A model generated the notes under the pieces. That model saw nothing but the letters and a program-made list of their open reading frames with translations. It had not been told where the DNA came from and made no database searches. Positions 21,044 to 31,213 of a stretch of DNA of 64,000 nucleotides are shown here, in pieces; position 1 is the stretch's first letter, and each line of letters opens with the position of its first letter. This DNA is from an uncultured Thermoleophilia bacterium (lineage in GTDB: Bacteria > Actinomycetota > Thermoleophilia > UBA2241). Where the stretch lies: positions 122,092 through 186,091 of the forward strand of contig CAVQSP010000008.1 in the NCBI GenBank assembly GCA_963715985.1, given 5' to 3'. The position numbers were made by a program, and so were the translations under genes.

Positions 21044-22715
21044 ATGGTGAAACGACTCCGCGTGCTGTTCATGGTCGTGATGTGCCTTGGGGCGCTGCTG
21101 GCCCTGGCGGTGCCGGCGCTGGCGGTCCACCGTCCGACGCACGTGATGATCGTGGTCATGGACCAGATGCAGCCCGGCTACGCCAAGCAGTTCGCCATGA
21201 CGAACGTGCTGAGCCTGCAGCAGCACGGCGTCACGTTCCCCAACGCCTACGTGGGCGACATGGCGTCGGAGACCGTGGTGAGCCACAACGTCATGGTCAG
21301 TGGCCAGTTCCCCAAGCACATGGGCTGGTCCGACGAGGCCTTCCGTGACGTGGACAACGTCCTCGGCTTCGGGGCCAACGCCATCGTCACGAGCGGCGAC
21401 CTCGGCTACGACCAGTACGTCAAGCTCATCGACGCGTGGGACTACAAGAAGCTCGGCGACTACCTGCACGAGAAGTTCCCCGGCACCGTGGTCGCCAACG
21501 TCGGCGAGAAGGGCTACCAGGTCGAGTCCATGGCCGCCTCCAGCTCCGACTGGTACGTGCGCATGGGCAGCAAGAAGAAGGTCGCCGACCTGGCCGACCC
21601 GAGCGTGGTGCCGTGGACCGGCACGTACCGCGGGCCGTCCGGCAAGGTCCCCGACTACATCAAGAACGACAATCGCTACCTGGTCAGCGTCGGCAACGCC
21701 ACCGACACCTACGGCACCGAGAAGGCCTTCCCGTCGTGGCTGTACCCGGAGGACGGGCGCTACGTGGGCGGCCCGTACGACGACCACCAGAGCGGTGACC
21801 GTTGGGTGGCCGACGCCACCCTCGCGATCATGGACAAGGAGAACTGGTCCGGTCTGTGGGTCACCTTCAGTGCCATGGACAAGATCGGCCACATGTGGGG
21901 CGGCGGCGCGGTGGACACGCTGGCCAACTACCAGTGGGATCCCAGCACCATCGTCAACCAAGTCCACATGCAGTGGATCGCCACCAACGCCGACGCCATG
22001 CTGGGCGCGCTCATCGCCGAGCTCAAGACCAAGGGCATCTACGACGACACGCTCATCATCCTGACCGCCGACCACGGCTCCACCTACGGCAAGGGTGAGG
22101 GGTTCAAGGGTGACGACGCCTACGACGCCGGCAACCTCAAGAACTGGTACGCGGGTGCCTGGCACGCCGGCGTGAGCACGGAGAGCACGAGCACCGGCTC
22201 CGTCGAACCTCAAGCCGCTCATGGACACCGGCAACGTCGAGTTCAGCTACCAGTCCACCGCCATCGAGACCTGGCTCAAGGACTGGAGCATGGCGAAGAA
22301 GAAGGAAGCTGCGGCAGTGATGGAGACCCTGCCCAGCGTGATCGCGACCTACGTGAAGACCGGCGATCGCTACAAGCTGTACTCGCACATGACCGGCATG
22401 ACCGGGACGCAGTCCTCCTGGTGGGCGGCGCACGGCCAGGAGCTCGTCGACACGATGTGCTGGGCCGGCTCGGCGGACGTGGTCGGCCTGCTCGCCGACT
22501 ACACGACCTACGGTGTCTTCGGCGACCACGGCGGGGCGCAGATGGACGTGCAGAAGATCCCGATGGCGTTCTTCATGCCGGGGATCAAGCGCGCCGTCGA
22601 CAGCAAGACCGCCTTCCGTCTGGTCGACATCATGCCGACCACCCTCAAGGCCATGGGCATCGCGCCGACCGAGCAGATGGACGGCTCGGCGTACAAGCTC
22701 AAGCTCCCCAAGTGA
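21044..22715 (+). CDS. Secreted alkaline phosphatase / nucleotide pyrophosphatase superfamily protein (indel near 22200)
   Basis: Signal peptide; VVMDQ, ETVVSH, DKIGH, LTADHG, GDHGG, RLVDIMPT. Confidence 0.85.
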
Positions 22716-22740
22716 CGCACGGCGTCTGAGGGACGCGGAC

Positions 22741-22781
22741 CGCGGCGGGCGCGCCTCCGGCACGGAGGCGCGCCCGCCGCG
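22741..22781 (+). terminator. Perfect 19-bp hairpin with GCA loop
   Basis: CGCGGCGGGCGCGCCTCCG-GCA-CGGAGGCGCGCCCGCCGCG just after the stop codon; no U-tract. Confidence 0.65.
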
Positions 22782-22939
22782 TCGTTGCGGGGTGGGCCCG
22801 CGGCCGCCCCGGCCGGCGCCGCGGGTGGTCGTGACCCGCGCCGCGGGTCCCCAGCGGTTGCGGCCTGCGCTCCGGGAGGACAGGATTGGGCCGCCCGGCC
22901 GCCGGCCGCCGGGGCCAGCCAGCACACACGGAGGCCGCC

Positions 22940-24067
22940 GTGCGCATCGAACCCTTCTTCGTCGAGCAGTGGATGAACGCCCACGAGACGACGGCCACCT
23001 GGAACATCGCCGAGACCTGCGTGGACTCGCTGACCCTCGACGAGCTGCTCGCGTTGAGCGGCGACGCCGACGGCGTGCTGCGTCGCCTCCGCGACACCCG
23101 GCTCGGCTACGGCGACATCACCGGCTCGCCGCAGCTGCGCGCCGCCATCGCGGCGCTGTACGGCGAGCGCATCGGCCCCCAGAACGTGCTCACGGCCAAC
23201 GGCGCCATCGGCGCGAACTTCCTCGCTCTCTACGCGCTGGTGGAGCCGGGCACCAGCGTCGTGTGCGTCGTGCCCACGTACCAGCAGCTCTACTCGGTGC
23301 CGGCGTCGCTGGGCGCCGAGGTGAGGTGCCTGCGCCTGCGCGAGGAGGACGGCTACCTGCCGGACGTCGAGGAGCTCCGCCGCTTCGCGGACGAGAGCAC
23401 CCGGCTCATCGTCCTCAACAACCCCAACAACCCCACCGGCGCCCTCATCGACGAGCCGCTGCTGCGCGAGATCGTGGAGGTCGCGCGCGAGCGCGACGCC
23501 TGGCTGTTCTGCGACGAGGTCTACCGCCGCCTCGAGCATGCGCCCGGGAGCACCACCCCGTCGGTGGCCGACCTCTACGACAAAGGTGTCTCGAGCGGCA
23601 GCATGAGCAAGAGCTACTCGCTGGCCGGGCTGCGCACGGGCTGGGTCGCCGGCCCTGAGGAGATCGTCGAGCGCTGCCTCGACGTGCGCGACTACACCAC
23701 GATCAGCGCCGGCGTCCTCGACGACGCGCTTGCGGCGGTGGCCCTGGAGCACCTCGACGCCGTGCTGGCGCGCAGCCTCGAGATCGTGCGCGGTAACCTT
23801 GCGCTTGTCGACGAGTGGATCGCGCGCGAGCCGCGGCTTCACTACCTGCGGCCGCGCGCCGGCACCACGGCCCTCATACGCTACGAGTACGAGCTGCCCT
23901 CCGTCGACTTCTGCCAAGGCATGTTCGACCTCAACGGAGCGTTCGTCATGCCCGGCATCGCCTTTGGCGAGGAGCGCTCCTTCCGCCTCGGCTACGCGTG
24001 CGCCCGCGACGTGCTCGCCGGCGGGCTGGCGGCGATCTCCGCGTATCTTCGCACGCTGGCGAGGTGA
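22940..24067 (+). CDS. Class I/II PLP aminotransferase
   Basis: NNPNNPTG, CDEVYR, GSMSKSYSLAGLRTGW. Confidence 0.9.
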   Translation: MRIEPFFVEQWMNAHETTATWNIAETCVDSLTLDELLALSGDADGVLRRLRDTRLGYGDITGSPQLRAAIAALYGERIGPQNVLTANGAIGANFLALYALVEPGTSVVCVVPTYQQLYSVPASLGAEVRCLRLREEDGYLPDVEELRRFADESTRLIVLNNPNNPTGALIDEPLLREIVEVARERDAWLFCDEVYRRLEHAPGSTTPSVADLYDKGVSSGSMSKSYSLAGLRTGWVAGPEEIVERCLDVRDYTTISAGVLDDALAAVALEHLDAVLARSLEIVRGNLALVDEWIAREPRLHYLRPRAGTTALIRYEYELPSVDFCQGMFDLNGAFVMPGIAFGEERSFRLGYACARDVLAGGLAAISAYLRTLAR

Positions 24068-24203
24068 ACCTCCCGTTCGCGGCCGGGGCCGGCAGGCCTT
24101 TCGTCATCTCACGCGAATACTCCGCTGTCGGGCGCTCCCGCCGGGAGCCGACGTTCGAGGCGCGGCAGTTCTGCCGCCGTACCTCCGCCCGGGGACCCAG
24201 GCC

Positions 24204-24584
24204 ATGGTGACGCCGATCATCCTCATAGCTGAAGACGACGCCGACGTGCAGAGCCTGCTGCGGCACGTGCTGGAGAGCGACGGGTACACGGTGCACGTCG
24301 CCGCCGACGGGAGCGAGGCGCTCCGTCTGTACGATGAGGTCTCGCCCGACCTGGTCATCCTGGACGTGATGATGCCGCGCATGAGCGGTTTCGAGGTGCT
24401 GCGTGAGCTCAGGGCAGACCCCGACCGCCGCCAGGACGTGCCCGTGCTGATGCTCACCGCCCGGACCGGCGAGGACGACGTGCTCGAGGGCTTCGAGCTG
24501 GGCGTGCGGGACTACTTGACGAAGCCGTTTGTGATCGGGGAGTTCCGCGCGCGCGTGCGCGCCTTGCTCTCGCGGCGCGGCTAG
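24204..24584 (+). CDS. Stand-alone response regulator receiver protein
   Basis: ILIAEDD, PDLVILDVMMP, MLTA, DYLTKPF; no output domain. Confidence 0.9.
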   Translation: MVTPIILIAEDDADVQSLLRHVLESDGYTVHVAADGSEALRLYDEVSPDLVILDVMMPRMSGFEVLRELRADPDRRQDVPVLMLTARTGEDDVLEGFELGVRDYLTKPFVIGEFRARVRALLSRRG

Positions 24585-26023
24585 CGCGTCGCCGACTGGG
24601 CGCGGACCCGCTTCGCCGGCTTCGCGCCGCCGTCGAACCCCACGCGGCGCATCTCGCCCCAGCCGTGCTTCTTGCGCAGGAAGTCGACCGTCGCCTGCGC
24701 GCGCCAGACGGCCTGGATCTGACGGTAGCCGAAGTTCTCGAGGACGGTGAAGAGCAGCAGCCGGCCGAGGGCGCGGCGCGAACCGTAGCGCTCGACCCTC
24801 GCCTGGTCCAGCAGGATGGCCGCCACGGAGAGGAAGACTCCATAGCCCACGGCCAGCAGGAAGAACAGCACCACGAAGCGGACGCCGACGACGCCGAAGG
24901 CGATGGAGACGAGGAGGACCGCGTAACCGGCCACCTCCACCAGCGGTCCGACGGCCTCGAAGAGGAGATTGTAGGGGAGGGCGATGAGACCGACAGGTCC
25001 GTACTTCGGCCTGCCCATCATGCGCCTGCTGGCCCACAGGCACTCGAGGAGCCCGCGGTGCCAGCGGTTCCGTTGCCGGCGGAGCATGCGCAGGCTCTCA
25101 GGGGCCTCCGTCCACACCACCGGATCCGGGACGAACACGATGCGGTACCGCTCGCGGCGTTCGCGGTAGAGCTCGTGCAGCCGCAGCACGAGGTCCATGT
25201 CCTCGCCGACCGTGTCCGTGCGGTACCCGCCCACCTGCACGACGGCGTCCTTCTTGAACACGCCGAACGCGCCCGAGATGACGAAGAGGGCGCGGAGCTG
25301 GCTCCAGCCTGTGCGGTTGGCGAGGAAGGCGCGCAGGTACTCGACGACCTGCAGCGTGGCCAGGCTCGTGCGCGGTGGCCGGACCTCCGTGACCGTGCCG
25401 TCCTGCACGACGCAGCCGTTGACCACGCGGACGATGCCGCTCGAGGCTACGGTCTCGCGCGGCCGGTCCATGAACGGCTTGACGACGCGGAGCAGCGCGT
25501 CCTGCTCGAGGATCGCGTCGGCGTCGATGGCGCACACCAGCGGGAACCGCGCGGCGTCCACGCCGGCGTTGAGGGCGTCCGCCTTGCCCCCGTTCTCCTT
25601 GGCCAGCACGGTGAGGTTGTCGACCTTGCGTGAGATGTAGACTCCGCGGAGACGGCCACAGGGCAGAGTGAGACGGACGGGGCGGTCGATCTTCTCCAGC
25701 GAGAACGCCTCGATGAGCCGCTCGAGGGTGGCGTCCGTGGACCCGTCGTCGACGACGACGATCTCGAACTCCCCGTACTTCTGGAGTCGCAGCGCCTGCA
25801 CCGCCTGCACGATGGTGCTCTCCTCGTTGTACGCGGGCATCAGCACCGAGACCGGCAGGGTCAGCGGCGAGTGCAGGATGACGTCATAGCCGCCGAAGCG
25901 CATGCGCCGGCCGTGCTGCTGCGTTTCGCGGACGGAGAGGACGAGCAGCAGCGTGTAGACGACGTTGATCGCGAAGAAGTACACGAGGACGATGTCGTTG
26001 ATGGCTCTGATCACGGCGTCCAT
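24581..26023 (-). CDS. Processive membrane GT2 glycosyltransferase
   Basis: PAYNE, DDGS, GKADALN, IDAD, TVGED, QRNRW (D,D,D,QxxRW) plus TM helices. Confidence 0.92.
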   Translation of the reverse strand: MDAVIRAINDIVLVYFFAINVVYTLLLVLSVRETQQHGRRMRFGGYDVILHSPLTLPVSVLMPAYNEESTIVQAVQALRLQKYGEFEIVVVDDGSTDATLERLIEAFSLEKIDRPVRLTLPCGRLRGVYISRKVDNLTVLAKENGGKADALNAGVDAARFPLVCAIDADAILEQDALLRVVKPFMDRPRETVASSGIVRVVNGCVVQDGTVTEVRPPRTSLATLQVVEYLRAFLANRTGWSQLRALFVISGAFGVFKKDAVVQVGGYRTDTVGEDMDLVLRLHELYRERRERYRIVFVPDPVVWTEAPESLRMLRRQRNRWHRGLLECLWASRRMMGRPKYGPVGLIALPYNLLFEAVGPLVEVAGYAVLLVSIAFGVVGVRFVVLFFLLAVGYGVFLSVAAILLDQARVERYGSRRALGRLLLFTVLENFGYRQIQAVWRAQATVDFLRKKHGWGEMRRVGFDGGAKPAKRVRAQSATR

Positions 26024-27060
26024 CAGCCGGCTCTCCTGACCCCGAAGACCTCGAGCACGGCCTGCGCCTGGTCGCGCACGAAGGCGTCCTTGTGGCGTTT
26101 GAGCCGCTGCAGCTTGCGGCGCCCTTCGGGGCCGATGCGGGCAAGCGATTCGGCGCAGTTGACGCGCACCCACCAGCTTTCATCGGGCATGGCCCGCGCG
26201 AGGCTCGGCACGACACCCGGGTGGCCGATGCGACCGAGGCCCTTGGCGGCCTGGGCGCGGACCTGCCAGGCGGGATCCTTGAGCGCCGCCAGGAGTCCCG
26301 CCTCGGCCTCCAGGCCGCCCAGTTTGCCGAGGGCCGCGGCCGCTTGCGCCCGCAGGTTGAGGTCCTCGTCATGCAGGAGCTCGAGCAGGTCGGGCGTGGC
26401 GTCCGGGTCGCGGATCTCGCCGAGGATCTGCACGGCCGCGACCCGTACGTTGTGCTCAGGGCCGGCGACGAGCTCCAGCAGCGGTGGGACCGCGGCAGGG
26501 CCCATCGCGATGAGGTTCTCGGCCACCAGTGACAGCGTCCAGCGGGAGGGGTCGGCGAGGGCACGCGCGAGCGCAGGCACTGCTGCCGGGTCACGGATGG
26601 CCGCCAGGCCCCGCGCGGCGACGGTGCGCACGTCTTCGCTCGGGTCGTCCAGTGCGGCCACCAGAGAGGGTACCGCAGCGCGCACGCGGAGGCGGCCGAG
26701 CATGTCGGCCGCCTCCGCGCGCCGCCAGGCGGCGCGGGCGTGCAGGCGATGGAGCAGATCGGCGATCACGCCCTGCTCGGCCAGACAGTCGGTGAGTCGC
26801 TCGGCGTCGCGGCCCCGCACCACGCTCATGTAGCGGAGCACGAGCTCGAGCAGGGCCTCGCGCTCGCCTTGGGGGACGTCCGGCAGCGGTCTTCCTTGCA
26901 CGATGCACGCTTCCACCGGCTCGCGCAGGCGCTCGACGAGTCGGGCGTGCTCGCGGGTCCGGCGCGACTGCAGGCTGCCGCGCACCAGGGTCACCACGAT
27001 GAGCGTGACACTGATCAGGTACAGCACGGCGACCGCGATGGTCAGCGCGTCAAGTCCCAA
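26023..27060 (-). CDS. Membrane-anchored HEAT-repeat protein
   Basis: N-terminal TM; repeats such as LDDPSEDVRTVAARGL and LKDPAWQVRAQAAKGLG; translationally coupled to the GT2 gene. Confidence 0.88.
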   Translation of the reverse strand: MGLDALTIAVAVLYLISVTLIVVTLVRGSLQSRRTREHARLVERLREPVEACIVQGRPLPDVPQGEREALLELVLRYMSVVRGRDAERLTDCLAEQGVIADLLHRLHARAAWRRAEAADMLGRLRVRAAVPSLVAALDDPSEDVRTVAARGLAAIRDPAAVPALARALADPSRWTLSLVAENLIAMGPAAVPPLLELVAGPEHNVRVAAVQILGEIRDPDATPDLLELLHDEDLNLRAQAAAALGKLGGLEAEAGLLAALKDPAWQVRAQAAKGLGRIGHPGVVPSLARAMPDESWWVRVNCAESLARIGPEGRRKLQRLKRHKDAFVRDQAQAVLEVFGVRRAG

Positions 27061-27204
27061 GCAGCCCTCTGTCTTCCCCCCGTGAATGGAGCGTTCTTCC
27101 CGCCTACTCGTTATCGGCAGCGACGCTCATATCGAGAGTGCACGGGAGTGGGTCTCCAGGACGCAGCCTCAGGCTTCGGTGGGCTCGTGCCGAAAGGAAG
27201 GAGC

Positions 27205-29421
27205 ATGGCCGTACCCCGACACGAGCCTCCGGCTCCCGCCGCGGTGGCGGCGGCCAAGCCGCGATGGCGGCGCGTTCGCGCTGTCGCCGCCGCCGTCTGC
27301 CTGCTCGCGATCGCCATCTGCGTCGCCGGCTGTGCCGGCACGGCGCGGCAGAGCGCGCCGGAGCCCGTGTCCTGGGCGCCGCGACCAGACGTACGCGCCG
27401 GCCTCAGGCAGCTCGCCTACGTGGCCGGCGACAAGTTCTACCTGCCGACCGCCTCCGGCCGGCGCGCGTTCATCGCCGGCGTGAACCTCGGGTCCACCAT
27501 CCCGGGGAAGCTCCCGGGAGAGCTCGCCACCCGTGCGTCCGACTACCGGCGTTGGTTCCCACAGATGTCGGCGCTGGGCTTGCGCGCGATCCGCATCTAC
27601 ACGATCCTGCGACCCTGCTTCTACACTGAGCTGGCCGCGTACAACCGCACGCATACCGATGCCCCTCTCTACCTGGTGCAGGGCGTCTGGATCCCCGAGG
27701 AGCAGTTCCTGGCGGGGCACGACCTGTACGCGCCCGCGGTGCGCTCCGGGTTCCTCCGCGAGATCGACGACGCCGTCAGGGCGGTCCACGGCGGCCTGCG
27801 CCGGTCGCCGCGTCGCGGCGTGGCCTCCGGGGCCTGGACCGCGGATGTCAGCCCATGGTTGCTCGCGTACTCGCTCGGCGTGGAGTGGGACCCGGTCGCG
27901 ACCAAGGCGTCCGACAAGAAGAACGCCGGCACGCCGCGCTTCCGCGGCAGGTACTTCTCGTCCACCGCGGGTGCATCCCCCACGGAGAGCTGGCTGGCGG
28001 CGGCGCTCGACCGCTGCGCGGCCGATGAGGCGCGGCGCGGACTCACCGTGCCCTTGACCTTCACGAACTGGCCGACCACCGATCCGCTCGCACACCCGGA
28101 CGAGCCGCTGGCCGGCGAGGACCTCGTCGGTGTGGACGCCGCGCACATCCGTGCCCGCGCAGCCTGGCCCGCCGGGTTCTTCGCGAGCTACCACGTGTAC
28201 CCGTACTACCCGGACTTCCAGCGGCACGAGCCGGCTCTGCGCGACTACCGCTATCACGGCCGCAGCGACCCGTACGCGGGCTACCTCGCGCAGCTGCGCG
28301 AGCACCACGCGGGCGTGCCGCTGATGATCACCGAGTTCGGCGTGCCTTCGTCGCTCGGCACGGCGCACATGGGACCGCTGGGCCGCTCACAGGGCGATCA
28401 CTCCGAGCAGCAGGCGATGGCCCAGGACGCCGAGCTCCTGCGCATCATCCGCGATCAAGGCTGCGCCGGTGGCTTCGTCTTCGAGTGGGCCGACGAGTGG
28501 TTCAAGTTCACCTGGAACACCGTCGACTACGAGCTTCCCGGCGAGCGTCGCCAGCTGTGGGTCAACCCGCTGACCAACGAGGAACACTTCGGACTGGCTG
28601 CCACCGACCCCGGAGCGACATCCGTCGTCACGATCGACGGGAGAGGGGACGAGTGGCTCGACAACGGCTCGCAGGTCATCCAGGAGAGCCGCGGGGCGCT
28701 GCGGGAGGTGCGCGCGGTCAAGGACGAGGGCTACCTCTATCTGCGCCTCATCCTCGACGACCCGTCGCTCTGGCAACGCGAGGCCATCACCCTCGGCATC
28801 GACGTGCTGCCGGGCGGCAACGGCGGGCTGCCGGGCCTGCCCTACGTCGACGCGGGCGCGGACTACGCGGTCGTGCTCGGCCCCGGGCGTCGAGGGTCCG
28901 CGCTGGTCTCGTCGCACGACGACCCCTTCTGGGTGACCTACGGCGTCGCGCAGAAGTACCTGGACCAGGTGAAGCCGGCGTACCCCGCCGGACCAGGGGT
29001 CGGGGTGTGGCACCTGCAGCGGCAGATCACCAACCGTCCGCTGGTCGTGCCCAGCACCGGCCGGCATCTTCCGCTCGAATGGTTCGACGTGGGCAAGCTG
29101 AGGTTCGGGACGACCGACCCGGCCTCCCCTCGCTTCGACTGCCGGGTCACCTGGGCGGCAGGCGACTGCGTCGAGATCCGCCTGCCGTACGCGCTCATCG
29201 GCTTCGCCGACCCCTCGTCTCGCCGGGCGCTCGTCGTCCGTCGCGACGGAACGGTCAGCACCGCCGCGGTCGCCCGGGTCGGGATCGACGTGGCCGTAGG
29301 TCGCGAGGTGGCGACGACGAACGGCTACTCGTGGGACCCGTGGCAGGTGGTCGCGTGGCACGAGCGTCAGAAGGCCGGCATCGGCGTGCTGGCGGCCGCC
29401 GTTCGCGAGACGATGCGCTGA
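27205..29421 (+). CDS. Putative lipoprotein glycoside hydrolase (TIM-barrel, clan GH-A-like)
   Basis: Lipobox-like VAGC; GVNLG, AIRIYT, LGVEW, ASYHVYPYYP, ITEFG, FEWADEWFK, EEHFGL. Confidence 0.72.
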   Translation: MAVPRHEPPAPAAVAAAKPRWRRVRAVAAAVCLLAIAICVAGCAGTARQSAPEPVSWAPRPDVRAGLRQLAYVAGDKFYLPTASGRRAFIAGVNLGSTIPGKLPGELATRASDYRRWFPQMSALGLRAIRIYTILRPCFYTELAAYNRTHTDAPLYLVQGVWIPEEQFLAGHDLYAPAVRSGFLREIDDAVRAVHGGLRRSPRRGVASGAWTADVSPWLLAYSLGVEWDPVATKASDKKNAGTPRFRGRYFSSTAGASPTESWLAAALDRCAADEARRGLTVPLTFTNWPTTDPLAHPDEPLAGEDLVGVDAAHIRARAAWPAGFFASYHVYPYYPDFQRHEPALRDYRYHGRSDPYAGYLAQLREHHAGVPLMITEFGVPSSLGTAHMGPLGRSQGDHSEQQAMAQDAELLRIIRDQGCAGGFVFEWADEWFKFTWNTVDYELPGERRQLWVNPLTNEEHFGLAATDPGATSVVTIDGRGDEWLDNGSQVIQESRGALREVRAVKDEGYLYLRLILDDPSLWQREAITLGIDVLPGGNGGLPGLPYVDAGADYAVVLGPGRRGSALVSSHDDPFWVTYGVAQKYLDQVKPAYPAGPGVGVWHLQRQITNRPLVVPSTGRHLPLEWFDVGKLRFGTTDPASPRFDCRVTWAAGDCVEIRLPYALIGFADPSSRRALVVRRDGTVSTAAVARVGIDVAVGREVATTNGYSWDPWQVVAWHERQKAGIGVLAAAVRETMR

Positions 29422-29508
29422 CGAGGCACGATGCCCGGCGGGTCCGGACAGCCCAGCCGGCGGGCCGGCCGGGCGCTTGCGACCTCCGCCACCTGCGCAC
29501 GCTGAAAC

Positions 29509-29549
29509 GCTGAGGCCGGGTGCACCGATTCGGTGCACCCGGCCTCAGC
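29509..29549. terminator. Perfect long hairpin between convergent genes
   Basis: GCTGAGGCCGGGTGCACCG-ATT-CGGTGCACCCGGCCTCAGC. Confidence 0.7.
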
Positions 29550-29617
29550 CGCTTCCGCCCGGCGCCGGCAGCAGTGAGCTCCCTGGACAGCGGACCTCCG
29601 GCGCCCGGCGGTGGTGA

Positions 29618-30029
29618 TCAGGGTTGTGAGCTGCTGCCGGCGCCCGTCCCGGACGTGGTGGCGGCGGCGCCGCCGATGTCGAACGTGCGGCCCACCGCGA
29701 ACCCGCCGCGGGCAGGGCTGCGCTTGACGGCGGAGCTCGTCACGACGGCCGCCTCGCCGCTGCTCTGCGTCTGCGTCGCCGCGCTCGCCGCCACCTGCTG
29801 CATCTGGTGATGGATGGCGGTGCGGCCGTGGCCGCCGCCGCGGTGGATCTGGGCCGTGGCGGGCCCCTGGATCGCCGCCGCGAGGAGCAGCCCGACGAGG
29901 GCGCCGACGACGATGGCACCGACGATCACGCCGACCGTCGTGGCCAGGGGACGCCTTGCCTCGCGCTCGGCGCGGTGTCCGAACTGCGGTAGCTGTCCCC
30001 TGATGGTGCTGGCTGTGCGTGCTCATCAT
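29618..30029 (-). CDS. Hypothetical single-TM protein A (indel near 29960)
   Basis: RBS GGAGGGG then ATG; TM VGVIVGAIVVGALVGLLLAAAI followed by IHRGGGHGRTAI. Confidence 0.6.
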
Positions 30030-30092
30030 TCCCCTCCGTTTCTCGCCTGGCTCGACGGGTCATCGCCTCCCGAGCGCCCCGTCGTCGTTGTC

Positions 30093-30138
30093 ACCCTACG
30101 GCGCGCATCCCGCCCAGGCTTCACCCCATCAGGGTGAA
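30093..30138 (-). promoter_or_regulatory. Palindromic operator plus -10 for protein A
   Basis: TTCACCCCATCAGGGTGAA (30120-30138); -10 TAGGGT (30093-30098) 21 nt downstream on the minus strand. Confidence 0.6.
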
Positions 30139-30178
30139 CCCGGCTGCGCCCCCTCGCTGCCGCCCCGGGCGATGGTCG

Positions 30179-30619
30179 TCATCGTTCAGTCGCGGGCGGT
30201 GTGGTGCAGGCGCCGCGTGGCGAGGCGCCGCGAGAGAAGCTGCCGGACAGCAGATCCGCGTGCAGACCGCGGACCCGGAGCTCGCTGGCCTGCCGCGCGC
30301 TGACCCGGTACACGACCTGTGCCGCGGTGCCGCCGGCGGGCGCCTGCACCGCGCTGCTCGCCGGTGTGGCGTTGCGGGCCTCCAGCGCGCGCTGCAGGGC
30401 CGCGCGGCCGTGAGCCCCGCCGCGGTAGGTCAGCACGTCCGTGGGCACGGGCCGTGCTGCGAAGCTCGCCAGCAGGAGCAGGGTGACGACGATCGCGATG
30501 CCCGCGACGGCCACAAGGCCGCCGTACTTCACAGCCGAACGGGGGCCGGCCGTTGCCCGGCGTCCGTGCTCCTGCGGCATCATCCATGGTCTCGTGCTGG
30601 CGTGGCCCGGCATGCTCAT
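30179..30619 (-). CDS. Hypothetical single-TM protein B (paralog-like to A)
   Basis: RBS GGAGGGG then ATG; TM LVAVAGIAIVVTLLLLASF followed by TYRGGAHGRAAL. Confidence 0.6.
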   Translation of the reverse strand: MSMPGHASTRPWMMPQEHGRRATAGPRSAVKYGGLVAVAGIAIVVTLLLLASFAARPVPTDVLTYRGGAHGRAALQRALEARNATPASSAVQAPAGGTAAQVVYRVSARQASELRVRGLHADLLSGSFSRGASPRGACTTPPATER

Positions 30620-30680
30620 GGCCCCTCCCTCGCGTCGGTCCCTGCCCGCTGCGGCGTCGCCCCGCAGCGTCTCCGGGCAC

Positions 30681-30726
30681 AACCTACGGAGTTCCCGTAA
30701 GGTCGGCCTCACCTTGATGGGGTGAA
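30681..30726 (-). promoter_or_regulatory. Palindromic operator plus -10 for protein B
   Basis: CTCACCTTGATGGGGTGAA (30708-30726; its reverse complement matches the first site at 17/19); -10 TAGGTT (30681-30686) 21 nt downstream. Confidence 0.6.
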
Positions 30727-30780
30727 TCGGTCGCACCCGAGGCAGGCTGCGACCGGTGCCGGTGCACTACAATGGGTCGC

Positions 30781-31182
30781 ATGAGCACTCCCGGCTCGGC
30801 CCCAGCCCGTGACCTGCCGGAGACGACGGCGTCGCAGACCCTCGGCGACTCCGCGCCTCGCCGTACATGGCTGGCTGCCGAACGCACCTATCTGGCCTGG
30901 GTCCGCACCGCCCTCGGGGCGCTCGGTATGGCCCTGGCCGTCGGCCGCCTTCTGCCGGCGCTGACCGACGTCTCGCACGTCGCGTTCGGTCTGCTGGGCG
31001 CAGCCTACGGTGTGTTCGGACTGATCCTCGTTCTCCTGGCCGCCTACCGCTCAGCGAGCGTACGCAACTCCCTGGCGGCGCAGCAGCCGCTGCCGGAGCA
31101 CGCGTGGACCCTCTGGCTGGTCACGGCCTTCGCACTGGTGCTGGGCGCCTTCACCATCGTCCTGGTCCTGGTCGAGGTCTGA
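30781..31182 (+). CDS. DUF202/YidH family membrane protein
   Basis: RTWLAAERTYLAWVRTAL; three TM helices; TACAAT-N7-ATG. Confidence 0.88.
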   Translation: MSTPGSAPARDLPETTASQTLGDSAPRRTWLAAERTYLAWVRTALGALGMALAVGRLLPALTDVSHVAFGLLGAAYGVFGLILVLLAAYRSASVRNSLAAQQPLPEHAWTLWLVTAFALVLGAFTIVLVLVEV

Positions 31183-31213
31183 CCCGGATGGTGCAGACCG
31201 GGAGAAGGGACTC

